Assembly (NCBI GenBank): GCA_018676855.1
Contig: JABHDY010000004.1
Coordinates: forward strand, 28,972-92,971
Direction: 5' to 3'
DNA from: Candidatus Woesearchaeota archaeon
Lineage (GTDB): Archaea > Nanobdellota > Nanobdellia > Woesearchaeales > GW2011-AR9
Length of the DNA stretch: 64,000 nucleotides
The notes under the pieces are model-generated. The model was not told where the DNA came from, searched no databases, and saw nothing but the letters and a program-made list of their open reading frames with translations. The first letter of the stretch is position 1; each line of letters begins with the position of its first letter. The position numbers were made by a program, and so were the translations under genes. Positions 1 to 9,600 of this stretch are shown in pieces.

Positions 1-877
1 AGCCCAACTTTCCAAAAGATGGTTTTACAATGATGTCAATGTTTCCATGTTCAAGACGTTCTCGTGCAAGATTATTTGTAAGAATGTTAATTGTTGAGTC
101 AAGTACTTTTGTTATAGGAAGCCGTTCTTTTCCAGCCATTATTCGAAGAACTTTTGCTGGGTACAGAAACTTATCAAATGTCCACATAAAAATTCGTCGA
201 AGGAAACTTGGCCATCGTTCAGGAAAAATAAGGTCCTTTGTAAGACGTAATTCTTCCGCAATAAATTTTTTCTTAAGATCATCGAAAAGGTTGCCTTTTT
301 TAACAACCGGCCCATGTCTGGATTTGATTTTTGAGAAGAGGTCAACTGCAATGACAATGTCGGCACCCATTTCTCGTACAACATCGAATGGTGTTGGATC
401 GGCTAAAGCTCCATCAACATATTTTTGCTTTCCAATTATTACAGGTTTAAATATTCCTGGAATAGAAATTGATGCTCGTACAGCTTCCGTGACATCTCCC
501 TTTGAAAAGATGACTCGTTCTTCTTTCGTTAAATTGTATGCAACAACCTTTAGAGGGATTTTTAAATCTTTAAAATCTGTATCGAACACAAGATGACGTA
601 TACGTTTCTTAACCCTTTTTCCACGAATGATACCAGCTTTAGGTATTGTAAAATCTACAATTTTTCTCCAATCAGTATGCATGACAATACTTTCAATATC
701 TTTTGTTGACCTTCCTGCTGCGTACGCTGCTGCCATTACGGCACCCATAGACGTTCCTGCAATATAATCTGGAAATATTTTGTTTTTTTCAAGAACTTTT
801 AGAACACCTATATGTGTAAATCCTCGTGCACCGCCTGCACCTAACGCTAATCCTATCTTTGGCCGTCTCTTTTTCAT
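1..877 (-). CDS. Patatin-like phospholipase (RssA/NTE family), runs off the left edge of the window
   Basis: Not in ORF track. Manual translation from ATG 877 (SD AGGGGT) gives MKKRRPKIGLALGAGGARG...IAGTSMGA...YVDGALADP, i.e. Gly-rich loop, GxSxG and DGA motifs. No stop before position 1. Confidence 0.9.
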   Translation of the reverse strand, partial: MKKRRPKIGLALGAGGARGFTHIGVLKVLEKNKIFPDYIAGTSMGAVMAAAYAAGRSTKDIESIVMHTDWRKIVDFTIPKAGIIRGKRVKKRIRHLVFDTDFKDLKIPLKVVAYNLTKEERVIFSKGDVTEAVRASISIPGIFKPVIIGKQKYVDGALADPTPFDVVREMGADIVIAVDLFSKIKSRHGPVVKKGNLFDDLKKKFIAEELRLTKDLIFPERWPSFLRRIFMWTFDKFLYPAKVLRIMAGKERLPITKVLDSTINILTNNLARERLEHGNIDIIVKPSFGKLG

Positions 878-1007
878 TATTACCCCTTTTAGCGTAGTAA
901 TGGTTATATGTATTAAAATGTTTGTGTTTGAGGAAGATGTTACATTAAATATTGCTTTGAAAAGAACCACCCCAACATTTATAACCAACTTCAATTTATA
1001 CAAAATT

Positions 1008-2735
1008 ATGAATAGGGGTATAATAGTAATAACAATAATTCTTGCACTCATGATATTACCATTACTCGTCTCAGCACAACCTGAACAGTACCATATAAAA
1101 CTTCTTGCGGTGCAAGAAGTGGGCGACCATTATGAAGGAAGTGATGCAGACTTATACTTAGAGTTAAAAGACGGAACGGGAAGAGTTTTTTTAGACACAT
1201 TTCCTGCAACTAAAGTAGATACACAAATATCAACACGGTTTGCAAAGGAAATTGCATGTAAACATTTCAAACTAGATTGTAGAAAACACGATTTTATCTA
1301 TACTATCAAAGCAAAGTCTAACATTATTGGCGGACCAAGTGCAGGTGCAGCCATTGCTGCCCTTACAACAATTGCAATTTTGAATTTAGATTATAATAAA
1401 GATATTGCAATTACAGGAACAATAAATTCTGGAGGAATAGTAGGAGCTGTTGGCGGTGTTAAAGAAAAGTTGGAAGCAGCATCAAATGCTGGATTAAAGA
1501 AAGTGTTGATAGCTCATGGTACATCGTTGAACGAAACTGATCTTGTTGAATATGGAAAAACAAACTTAAGTCTTGACGTCCAAGAAGTTCTGGAACTTGA
1601 CGATGTTGTATTTCAATTAACAGGAATGAACCTTAATCATAAGGAGTATATAATTACAGAAAATGAAGAGTATACTACCATTATGAAAGGTCTTAAGAAC
1701 GTTTTATGTAGTAGGTCAGACAGTATTGAAAAAGAATTACGAGGAACTGGAATAATTCTTTCAGAAGATGTTATTGAGAGTGTTCAAACACGAAAAGATC
1801 GTGCAGCAAATGCAACACAGAAAAACGATTTATATTCTGCAGCAAGTTTTTGTTTTGGTACAAATATAGAATTGAGGCAAGAATACTATAAATCAAAAGA
1901 GATAACACCTACCAACATTCATTCTTTATTTACAGTTCTTGAAAGGAAAATACTCGCACTTGAAACGAAGATTGAACAAGAACCGATTGAAACAATTACA
2001 GATTTACAAGTATTTATGATTGTAAAGGAACGTATTAATGATGTTAAAGAACAAATTAAGTTGTTTAAAGAAGATGAGGATATAGATTCTGCAAATGTGT
2101 TAGCGTACGCAGAAGAACGTTTTTTCTCAGCTTTATCATGGATGCAATTCTTTACAATGGAAGGTAAGAGGTTTATCCTTAATAAAGAAAAATTAGAAGA
2201 TTCATGTATTCAAAAAATATCTGAAGCGGAACAACGTCATCAATATATTGACCTGTTTATCTTACCAGGTTTAACTAGAAATATTCAAGAAAAGATAGAA
2301 TTAGCACATCAAGCACAAAACAATAGTGAGTTTGAATTATGTTTAATTACAGCATCACAAGCAAAAGCTGATGCAAATGCCGTAGTAAGTTCTCTTGGAT
2401 TACAAGAAGATGCCATTCTTCCATTTTTTGAAAGTAAAAAAAGAGCGACAGAAAGAGTAATATCTGAAAATAGTGCTGAAGGTATCTTCCCAATATTAGG
2501 ATTTTCTTATTATGAGTATGCGCAGTCCCTTCAAGAACAAGAACCATATACAGCGCTTGTATATATGGAGTATGCGTTAGAGATGAGCGAATTAAGTATG
2601 TACTTTTCTGAGAAAGAAACCTTTTTAGAATTTAATTCTATAAATATTCCTAGTGAATGGCTATTTGGCGGTTTAGGCTTTGTTTTAGGAGTATTGGTTA
2701 CTATACTTGTAGTTCTGTTTGAACGAAGAAAATGA
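1008..2735 (+). CDS. Secreted, membrane-anchored Lon-like (S16) serine protease without AAA+ domain
   Basis: IGGPSAG catalytic Ser motif, ITGTINSGGIVGAVGGVKEK (Lys dyad), N-terminal signal helix, C-terminal TM plus RRK. Start moved to ATG 1008, 30 nt after TTTATAAC at 978. Confidence 0.85.
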   Translation: MNRGIIVITIILALMILPLLVSAQPEQYHIKLLAVQEVGDHYEGSDADLYLELKDGTGRVFLDTFPATKVDTQISTRFAKEIACKHFKLDCRKHDFIYTIKAKSNIIGGPSAGAAIAALTTIAILNLDYNKDIAITGTINSGGIVGAVGGVKEKLEAASNAGLKKVLIAHGTSLNETDLVEYGKTNLSLDVQEVLELDDVVFQLTGMNLNHKEYIITENEEYTTIMKGLKNVLCSRSDSIEKELRGTGIILSEDVIESVQTRKDRAANATQKNDLYSAASFCFGTNIELRQEYYKSKEITPTNIHSLFTVLERKILALETKIEQEPIETITDLQVFMIVKERINDVKEQIKLFKEDEDIDSANVLAYAEERFFSALSWMQFFTMEGKRFILNKEKLEDSCIQKISEAEQRHQYIDLFILPGLTRNIQEKIELAHQAQNNSEFELCLITASQAKADANAVVSSLGLQEDAILPFFESKKRATERVISENSAEGIFPILGFSYYEYAQSLQEQEPYTALVYMEYALEMSELSMYFSEKETFLEFNSINIPSEWLFGGLGFVLGVLVTILVVLFERRK

Positions 2736-2739
2736 ATAT

Positions 2740-2797
2740 AAACCCCTTGCAGACCCGAAAGTCTGCATGGGGAAAAAGAGGTGATAGATGTTTACTA
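2740..2797 (-). ncRNA. Candidate ~55-nt small RNA: anti-SD 5' segment followed by a GC-rich hairpin
   Basis: Minus-strand CGAAACA-TTTAAATA promoter (2830-2816) with no plausible CDS downstream. Predicted RNA: GUAAACAUCUAUCACCUCUUUUU, then hairpin CCCCAUGCAGACUUUCGGGUCUGCAAGGGG (2772-2743). Confidence 0.45.
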
Positions 2798-2906
2798 CTC
2801 GTGAAGAGGGGTTCTTATTTAAATGTTTCGGTAGGTTTAGCATTTTGAAGTGGTGAACGACCTAGTTGCGATATTCTTTTATAGTTTTACATAATTTATT
2901 AACGAT

Positions 2907-3629
2907 ATGAACTGGAAATTCCTTATTATAGCCATGTGTATTTTTATCCCATTTGTACAGGCAGCTACGTTAGAAGGATCCATCTACAATTCACAATTAA
3001 CACTAGAAAATGACGTTCTACTTGAAGTACATAACCAGAAATACCTCTCAAAAGATGGAACATATGCGTTTGATCTCCCCATAGGAGAATATACGTTAAT
3101 AGCACAGAAAGGTCTTGTCAAAACTGAAGAACTGATAGTAATAATAGATGAAAATAGACAAATATATGACATATTCTTATTACCATCATTCGTTGAAGAG
3201 GACCTATTATGGCAAGATACTGAAGAAAAATTTGATACACTCTGGCAAGATACTGAAGAAGGTGTAGAAGAAGGATATTCATTATGGAGATACATTTTAT
3301 TATGTGCAATATTAATATTCTTACTATGGCGATTTAGTAAGAAAAGAATGAAATATGGTCCCCTACGAAAGTTCAGAAAGAATTTTGCAGTTGAAAAGAA
3401 TAAAAGTCGAAAAGAACATAAACAAGACATTGCTGATGAACCAAAATATATCGATGATACTATAGAAATTATTAAGAAACATGATGGAAGAATATCGCAA
3501 AAGAAGTTACGAAAGGAGATGTTATACTTATCTGAAGCTAAAGTTAGTTTAATAGTAAAGGAACTTGAACATAAAGGTATTGTAGAGAAAGTTAAGAAGG
3601 GAAGAGGAAACGTTCTATTACTGAAATGA
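2907..3629 (+). CDS. Membrane protein with extracellular N-terminal domain and C-terminal winged helix
   Basis: Signal peptide, central TM (YILLCAILIFLLW), C-terminal wHTH (GRISQKKLRKEM..LSEAKVSLIVKELEHKGIVEKVKKGRGN). Confidence 0.75.
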   Translation: MNWKFLIIAMCIFIPFVQAATLEGSIYNSQLTLENDVLLEVHNQKYLSKDGTYAFDLPIGEYTLIAQKGLVKTEELIVIIDENRQIYDIFLLPSFVEEDLLWQDTEEKFDTLWQDTEEGVEEGYSLWRYILLCAILIFLLWRFSKKRMKYGPLRKFRKNFAVEKNKSRKEHKQDIADEPKYIDDTIEIIKKHDGRISQKKLRKEMLYLSEAKVSLIVKELEHKGIVEKVKKGRGNVLLLK

Positions 3630-3676
3630 GTTCTATACAACAATCTTTTTAAATACCTCTATAATACATTCTAGTA

Positions 3677-6600
3677 ATGAAATTTGAACAGTACATTCAT
3701 GCAGAACTTGAACCGGCAATTATTAAGTATTGGAACGAGCATAAAACTGTTGAAAAACTGCGGAAAAAGAATAAATCTGGTAAGCCATTTACATTTTTAC
3801 AGGGACCGCCGTACACGTCTGGTAAGGTACATTTGGGAACTGCATGGAATACGTCACTGAAAGATATTGCACTTCGATACAAACGAAGTCAGGGATTTGA
3901 TGTTTGGGACAGAAATGGGTACGATGTTCACGGTTTGCCAACGGCACACAAAGTTATGGCTAAACATAAACTTGAAAATAAAGATGATATTGAAAAGTTT
4001 GGTGTTGGAAAGTTCATTAAGGAATGTATGGCATTTTGTTTAAAGATGGGCGACCAGATGACTACCGACTTTAAACGGATGGGCGTGACGTTAGATTATT
4101 CAGATTCCTACATGGCACTTACGAACGAGTATATGGAAGGAGAATGGTGGATGATTAAAGAAGCTCACAAGAAAAAAAGATTATATTTGGGAGAAAAAGT
4201 TATGACATGGTGTGGTGATTGTGAAACTGCTGTTGCCAAACATGAATGTGAGTATAAAGAATTGCGTGAAGAATCAATATTTTTAAAATTTAAAGTTAAG
4301 GGAACTAAAAATGAATTCTTGATTATCTGGACAACAACACCATGGACAATTCCGTTCAACCTGGCAATCATGGTAAATCCTGGATTGGATTATGTTAAAG
4401 CACAGGTCGAAGATGAAATATGGATCATTGGAAAGGGTTTAGTCGGTCCACTTGTACAATCAGTTGTTGGTAAAAAATTAAAGATCGTTGACGAGTTTAA
4501 AGGAAAAACGCTTGAAGGGATGGAATATACACATCCATGGGAACATGATATTCCTGCACATAAACAGTTGAAAAAAGGTCATCCTAATGTTCATACAGTA
4601 ATTTTATCTGAACAATATGTAGATTTTTCTGCTGGTTCAGGCCTTGTTCATTGTGCTCCAGGATGCGGACCTGAAGATCAAGAAGTAGGAAAACAATATG
4701 GAATTCCACCGTTCAATACATTAAATGAACGAGGAGAATTTTCAGAAGAAACTGGTAAGAAATTTGCAGGATTAGTTGCAAAGAAAGATGATAAGAAGTT
4801 CATTAAAGAATTAAAAGAATCTGATACACTTATTGCAACAACACAAGTTGAACACGAATATCCAACATGTTGGCGATGTCATAATCCAGTCATATTTAAA
4901 ACTACAAAACAGTGGTTTTTCAAGATTGAAGATTTAAAAAGTGCTATGGTTAAAGAAAACGCGAAAGTTCATTGGACACCAAAAACGCAGGCGTTTGATT
5001 CATGGACAAATAATTTAAGAGATAATTCTATCACACGGCAACGGTATTGGGGTACTCCCGTACCAATTTGGAAATGTAGTAAATGTGAAGAGATTGATGT
5101 TATTGGATCTATTACAGAATTGAAACATAAAGCAGGAAAGGTTCCAGATAATTTACACAAACCGTGGATTGACAAAGTTACATGGCAATGTTCATGTGGA
5201 AAAGGAACAATGACACGTATTCCTGACATTCTTGACGTATGGATTGATGCAGGAACAGCTGCATGGAACTGTTATTATTATCCACAACGTGAAGATTATT
5301 TAAAGAAACATTTTCCAGCAGATTTAATCCTCGAGGCTACGGAACAGGTACGATTATGGTTCAGTATGGCGTCTATCTGTTCACAGCTGGGATTTGGTAA
5401 GAACTGTTACAAAAATGTGTACATGCATGGTATGTTACGTGACATAGACGGTGAAAAGATGAGTAAATCTATTGGTAACATTATTGCACCTGACGAAATG
5501 ATTGAAAAGTATGGTGCAGACGTGTTACGATATTATTTATGTCAAACAAATGCTGGACAGGACATACGGTTCAGTTGGGACGAAGCAGCGTTACGAGGAC
5601 GATATTTACAAATTTTATGGAACGTTCATAAGTTTTTAATAAACATGGCACATGAGAATGATATTAATCCATTCAAGATTAAACCAACAAAAATGGGTGT
5701 TGAAGAAGAATATATAATTTCAAAACTACATTCAACTATTAAAAAATGTGAAGAATTGTTTGATTCTTATCGTTTAGACGAAACTATTCCACAATTGGAA
5801 GAATTATTCTTAGAGTTAAGTAGAACATATATCCAATTGATACGAGATAAAGCTGCGATTGGAAGTGCGGAAGAGAAAAAGAGTGTCATGTATACAATAT
5901 CTCATGTGTTATTAGAATTCCTTAAAATGTTTACTATCATTTCTCCGTTTATTAGCGAAGCGATATATTTGAATTGTAAAGATGAATTTAAACTTAAAGA
6001 AGAGAGTATTAGCCATTATGGTTGGCCAAAATATAATAAAAAGAATATCAATACGCAATTGGAACAAAATGTTGATAGTATGAAACAAGTTATTCAAGCA
6101 GCACTAAGTGCAAGAGAAAAAGCAAAGTTAGGATTACGGTGGCCAGTACAAGAAATTGTTGTTGCAAGTACTGATAAAAATGTAGTTCGATCTGTCAAAA
6201 AGTTAAAAATGATTATTATGCAACAGACAAATGCTAAATCTGTTCGAATTGTTGATAGCCTTCCGGGCGTTTCTGTTACAATTAAACCTGATTCTTCAAA
6301 AATAGGTCCTGTCTATGGAAAACTGTCAAAAGATATTATGAAAAAGGTAGGGACAGAAAAACCAGAGATTATACTTCAAAGTCTTGCAAAGGGTAAATAT
6401 TCTTTTATGATTGGAAAAGAAAAAGTTAACGTTACAAAAGAAATGTTGATTTTTGAACATGACGTTCCAGAAGGATACACAGAATCTGGCATTAAAAATG
6501 GATTTGTGTATGTTAATTGTGCACGAAATGATGAACTTGAAGCAGAAGGTTTTTCTCGAGAAGTTATGCGACATATTCAATCTTCGCGAAAAAAAGCTGG

Positions 6601-6808
6601 ATTTCAAAAAAGTGATGATATTGTATTGTACATTAAATGTCATAGTGCTATGAAAGAAATGCTTACCAAATGGAAAAAGTCTATTGCAGAAAAGGTTGGC
6701 GCTGTCGAAATTAACATTGATGAAAATGATCCATCAGATAAATATCCATTTTCTGGAGATTTTAAAGTTAAGGACGAAACGTTCTCGTTATGGTTTAGGA
6801 AGAAGTAG
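3677..6808 (+). CDS. ileS: Isoleucyl-tRNA synthetase
   Basis: GPPYTSGKVHLGT (HIGH-like), WTTTPWT and GSGLVHCAPG editing domain, ITRQRYWGTP, KMSKS; 1043 aa. Confidence 0.95.
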   Translation: MKFEQYIHAELEPAIIKYWNEHKTVEKLRKKNKSGKPFTFLQGPPYTSGKVHLGTAWNTSLKDIALRYKRSQGFDVWDRNGYDVHGLPTAHKVMAKHKLENKDDIEKFGVGKFIKECMAFCLKMGDQMTTDFKRMGVTLDYSDSYMALTNEYMEGEWWMIKEAHKKKRLYLGEKVMTWCGDCETAVAKHECEYKELREESIFLKFKVKGTKNEFLIIWTTTPWTIPFNLAIMVNPGLDYVKAQVEDEIWIIGKGLVGPLVQSVVGKKLKIVDEFKGKTLEGMEYTHPWEHDIPAHKQLKKGHPNVHTVILSEQYVDFSAGSGLVHCAPGCGPEDQEVGKQYGIPPFNTLNERGEFSEETGKKFAGLVAKKDDKKFIKELKESDTLIATTQVEHEYPTCWRCHNPVIFKTTKQWFFKIEDLKSAMVKENAKVHWTPKTQAFDSWTNNLRDNSITRQRYWGTPVPIWKCSKCEEIDVIGSITELKHKAGKVPDNLHKPWIDKVTWQCSCGKGTMTRIPDILDVWIDAGTAAWNCYYYPQREDYLKKHFPADLILEATEQVRLWFSMASICSQLGFGKNCYKNVYMHGMLRDIDGEKMSKSIGNIIAPDEMIEKYGADVLRYYLCQTNAGQDIRFSWDEAALRGRYLQILWNVHKFLINMAHENDINPFKIKPTKMGVEEEYIISKLHSTIKKCEELFDSYRLDETIPQLEELFLELSRTYIQLIRDKAAIGSAEEKKSVMYTISHVLLEFLKMFTIISPFISEAIYLNCKDEFKLKEESISHYGWPKYNKKNINTQLEQNVDSMKQVIQAALSAREKAKLGLRWPVQEIVVASTDKNVVRSVKKLKMIIMQQTNAKSVRIVDSLPGVSVTIKPDSSKIGPVYGKLSKDIMKKVGTEKPEIILQSLAKGKYSFMIGKEKVNVTKEMLIFEHDVPEGYTESGIKNGFVYVNCARNDELEAEGFSREVMRHIQSSRKKAGFQKSDDIVLYIKCHSAMKEMLTKWKKSIAEKVGAVEINIDENDPSDKYPFSGDFKVKDETFSLWFRKK

Positions 6809-6844
6809 CAATATTTATATAACCGAAAATAATCATTTATTTCT

Positions 6845-7372
6845 ATGGGATCAGATCCACTTAGGCTTATCACGTTACGATACACAGGACTTTTCGATTT
6901 TGACGGTCTCTATGCAGCGATTATTGACTGGGCAAAAAATTATGGATATATGTGGCACGAAAAAGATTACAAGCATAAAGTGCCATCTCCATCAGGAGCA
7001 GAACAGGAATGGATGTGGGAAATGACCAAAAACGTTACTGATTATATTGGCCATAAAATTATTTTTACTGTTCATTCTTGGGACATTACAGAAATTCAGG
7101 TTGATGTTGAGGGAAAGAAAAAAGATCTTACAAATGCACGATTGTACATTAAGATTCAACCAACGTTAATTTATGATTGGCAAAAACGGTTCAAGGGACG
7201 ATTCGGGTCAAAGTTAGGTGGATGGTATCAGAAAGTATGGCGAAAAGATTATGAAAGTACGTACGGTGATCAATTATATTATAGAGTATGGGACTTACAT
7301 GCTATCATTAAGAAATATTTTGATATGCAAACGAAGAAGTATGCGTATAAAGGATATTTGGGAGAAACTTAA
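6845..7372 (+). CDS. Hypothetical protein
   Basis: 175-aa ORF with TTTATATA promoter ~30 nt upstream; no recognised motif. Confidence 0.7.
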   Translation: MGSDPLRLITLRYTGLFDFDGLYAAIIDWAKNYGYMWHEKDYKHKVPSPSGAEQEWMWEMTKNVTDYIGHKIIFTVHSWDITEIQVDVEGKKKDLTNARLYIKIQPTLIYDWQKRFKGRFGSKLGGWYQKVWRKDYESTYGDQLYYRVWDLHAIIKKYFDMQTKKYAYKGYLGET

Positions 7373-7391
7373 GAAAAAAAAAGTAAGAAAA

Positions 7392-8837
7392 TTAATAACT
7401 TTTTCCGAAATAGAACCATGTAGTTGCCTTTTCTTTACATGCAAAACATTTTCCTGAAATAGAAGGTTGTTTAAACGGTGAGTTAAGTGATTTGGCACCC
7501 GTTTTATCTTTAAACTGTTCTTCACATTCTTTCGTAGAGCACCATGGTGCAAAAACAATTTTCTTGTTTTGTATTTGTTTTTCTGCTTCTTTCATGGTTT
7601 TAACTTCAACAATGCTGGTTTTTAATATTGTCTCTGCTTTTTGTAACATACTTTTTTGCATGTTTTGAAGTAAAGTATCAACTTCTTTTTCAACAGTAGA
7701 CGTAGAAACTGCTTTCTTTTCGCCCGTGTCTCGTCTTGCTACCATAACTTTCTTATTTGCAACATCTTTTGGACCAATTTCTATTCGAAGTGGAATACCT
7801 TTCACTTCCCATTCATTAAATTTCCAGCCAGGAGAATATCCTTCACGATCATCAACATAAACAGAAAAACCTTTCTTTTCAAGCTTTTTCTTAACATTTT
7901 CTACTTCCTTTAACACCTTAGCTCTACTATCATCAAACAAGATTGGAACAATAACAACCTGTGTTGACGCAAGTGATGGAGGAAGGACAAGACCTTTGTC
8001 ATCGCCATGAATACCTATCAGGACGCCAATCATTCTTGTTGTAATGGCAAATGTATTTTGCCAAACATATTCTTTCTTACCATTTTTATCTGTAAACGTA
8101 ATATCAAACACTTTTGCAAAGTTCTGACCATCATGATGAAAGTCAGGTCCCTGGATAGCTTTCCCGTTCGGCATGACAAATTCTAAAGAGTCTGTATATA
8201 GTGCACCTGCAAACTTTTCCTTTTCAGACTTTCTTCCTATGAGCGATGGAAGGGCTAACAAATCTCTACAAACAGTATCATAAATGGCAAGGATATCTTT
8301 CTGTTCAGCTTCCGCTTCTTTTTGTGTAGCAAAACATGTATGGCCCTCATTCCATAAAAATTCTCTGCTTCTCAGGAACGGTGTTGCATGTTTAAATTCC
8401 CACCTGACAACATTATTCCATTGATTTAATCGTAAAGGTAGATCGTTATGTGACCGTATCCATTTTGAGTACGATTCGTACATGATAGTTTCTGAAGTTG
8501 GCCGTATTGCTAATCTTTCACCAAGTTTAGTATCGCCTGCATGTGTTACCCATGCAACCTCAGGTGAAAAATGTTCAATATGGTCAGCTTCCTTTTGAAG
8601 AAGACTTTCCGGAATAAATATTGGAAAATAGCAGTTCTTAATACCTATTTGTTTAAACTTTACATCTGTAACGTTTTTTATCTTTTCCCAAATTTCGTAC
8701 GAACCGGGCTTGTACGCGATACATCCTGACACAGATGTATAATCTGCTAAGTCTGCTTTCTGAATAACTTGTGTGTACCATTCAGAAAAATTGTCACTTT
8801 TCTTTACAGTAATCCCTTTCGTATCTTTTTTTGCCAT
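7392..8837 (-). CDS. proS: Prolyl-tRNA synthetase (archaeal/eukaryotic type)
   Basis: FSEWY, IRPTSET, VVRWE..PFLRSREFLWNEGHT, PGWKFNEWEVKGIPLRIEIGP, C-terminal GKSY. Confidence 0.96.
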   Translation of the reverse strand: MAKKDTKGITVKKSDNFSEWYTQVIQKADLADYTSVSGCIAYKPGSYEIWEKIKNVTDVKFKQIGIKNCYFPIFIPESLLQKEADHIEHFSPEVAWVTHAGDTKLGERLAIRPTSETIMYESYSKWIRSHNDLPLRLNQWNNVVRWEFKHATPFLRSREFLWNEGHTCFATQKEAEAEQKDILAIYDTVCRDLLALPSLIGRKSEKEKFAGALYTDSLEFVMPNGKAIQGPDFHHDGQNFAKVFDITFTDKNGKKEYVWQNTFAITTRMIGVLIGIHGDDKGLVLPPSLASTQVVIVPILFDDSRAKVLKEVENVKKKLEKKGFSVYVDDREGYSPGWKFNEWEVKGIPLRIEIGPKDVANKKVMVARRDTGEKKAVSTSTVEKEVDTLLQNMQKSMLQKAETILKTSIVEVKTMKEAEKQIQNKKIVFAPWCSTKECEEQFKDKTGAKSLNSPFKQPSISGKCFACKEKATTWFYFGKSY

Positions 8838-8891
8838 TGATGTTGGTAGAACGAAAGATTTTATAAAAGTTTGGCATTTAGAAAATCAAAT

Positions 8892-9476
8892 ATGAAAAAT
8901 TTTATTTTTGGGTATGGAAGTTTAATCAGTACAGAAAGTAGAGTAAGGACTGCAAATACTGGCGACGCAATACCTGTTCGAGTACATGGATTACAAAGAG
9001 CATGGAACTTTCATAACAAAGTACGTAAAAGAAATGCTTTAGGAGTTATTCTTAATGGCGATTCAGTATGTAATGGAATTATTACTGAAGTAAATGAAGA
9101 AACATTTGCTGATTTTGATGTGCGTGAAGAAGGATATAATAGGATTGAAATTGATCCAAAGAATATTGAAGTTCTTAAAGATTCATTACCTGAAGGTAAT
9201 TTTTGGGTTTATGTTCCAAAAGAATCAATCCTACCTACGAAGGATTCACCAGTTGAACAAAGTTATGTTGACGTTGTAATAACTGGTTGTTTAGAGTTTG
9301 GTGAAGATTTTGCGCAAGAACTGATTAATTCTACATTATATTGGGATCATGCATGGGTAAATGATAGAAAAAATCCAAGTTATCCTAGATATTTAAAAAA
9401 TCCACAATTAGAAAGGATTGATACCCATCTTAAAACATTTGTTCCTGAAGCGTTTGATAAAAGAATTGATTTGTAA
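8892..9476 (+). CDS. Gamma-glutamylcyclotransferase-fold (ChaC/GGCT-like) protein
   Basis: N-terminal IFGYGSL and DVREEGY motifs. Start set at ATG 8892. Confidence 0.8.
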   Translation: MKNFIFGYGSLISTESRVRTANTGDAIPVRVHGLQRAWNFHNKVRKRNALGVILNGDSVCNGIITEVNEETFADFDVREEGYNRIEIDPKNIEVLKDSLPEGNFWVYVPKESILPTKDSPVEQSYVDVVITGCLEFGEDFAQELINSTLYWDHAWVNDRKNPSYPRYLKNPQLERIDTHLKTFVPEAFDKRIDL

Positions 9477-9513
9477 TTTTATTGTAAATTTATATAAAGA
9501 AAAAAAACAAAAA

Positions 9514-9566
9514 TCTTGCCCGATGGATGTTACAGGGGGTGGTGTAACAGAAACAGGCGGGCAAGA
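9514..9566 (-). ncRNA. Structured RNA element downstream of ftsZ with a C-rich loop
   Basis: Nested perfect inverted repeats TCTTGCCCG/CGGGCAAGA and TGTTACA/TGTAACA. Minus-strand loop CCACCCCC, followed by a long U tract. Confidence 0.5.
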
Positions 9567-9578
9567 CCTCTGAGTATG

Positions 9579-9599
9579 AAAAAAAGGTGCAAAAGCACC
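9579..9599 (-). terminator. Short hairpin plus U tract after the ftsZ stop
   Basis: Minus strand reads GGTGC-TTTT-GCACC followed by T7. Confidence 0.5.
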
Positions 9600-9600
9600 C

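Noticed and set aside
30-596. 188-aa + strand ORF and many similar antisense ORFs (e.g. 2984-3643, 12883-13722, 19642-20343, 42601-43236)
   Set aside because: Shadows of well-supported genes on the opposite strand or in another frame; no motifs, promoters or SD sites.
3210-3260. 18-nt direct repeat TGGCAAGATACTGAAGAA (33-nt period)
   Set aside because: Small in-frame duplication in a linker (LWQDTEE twice); no wider pattern.
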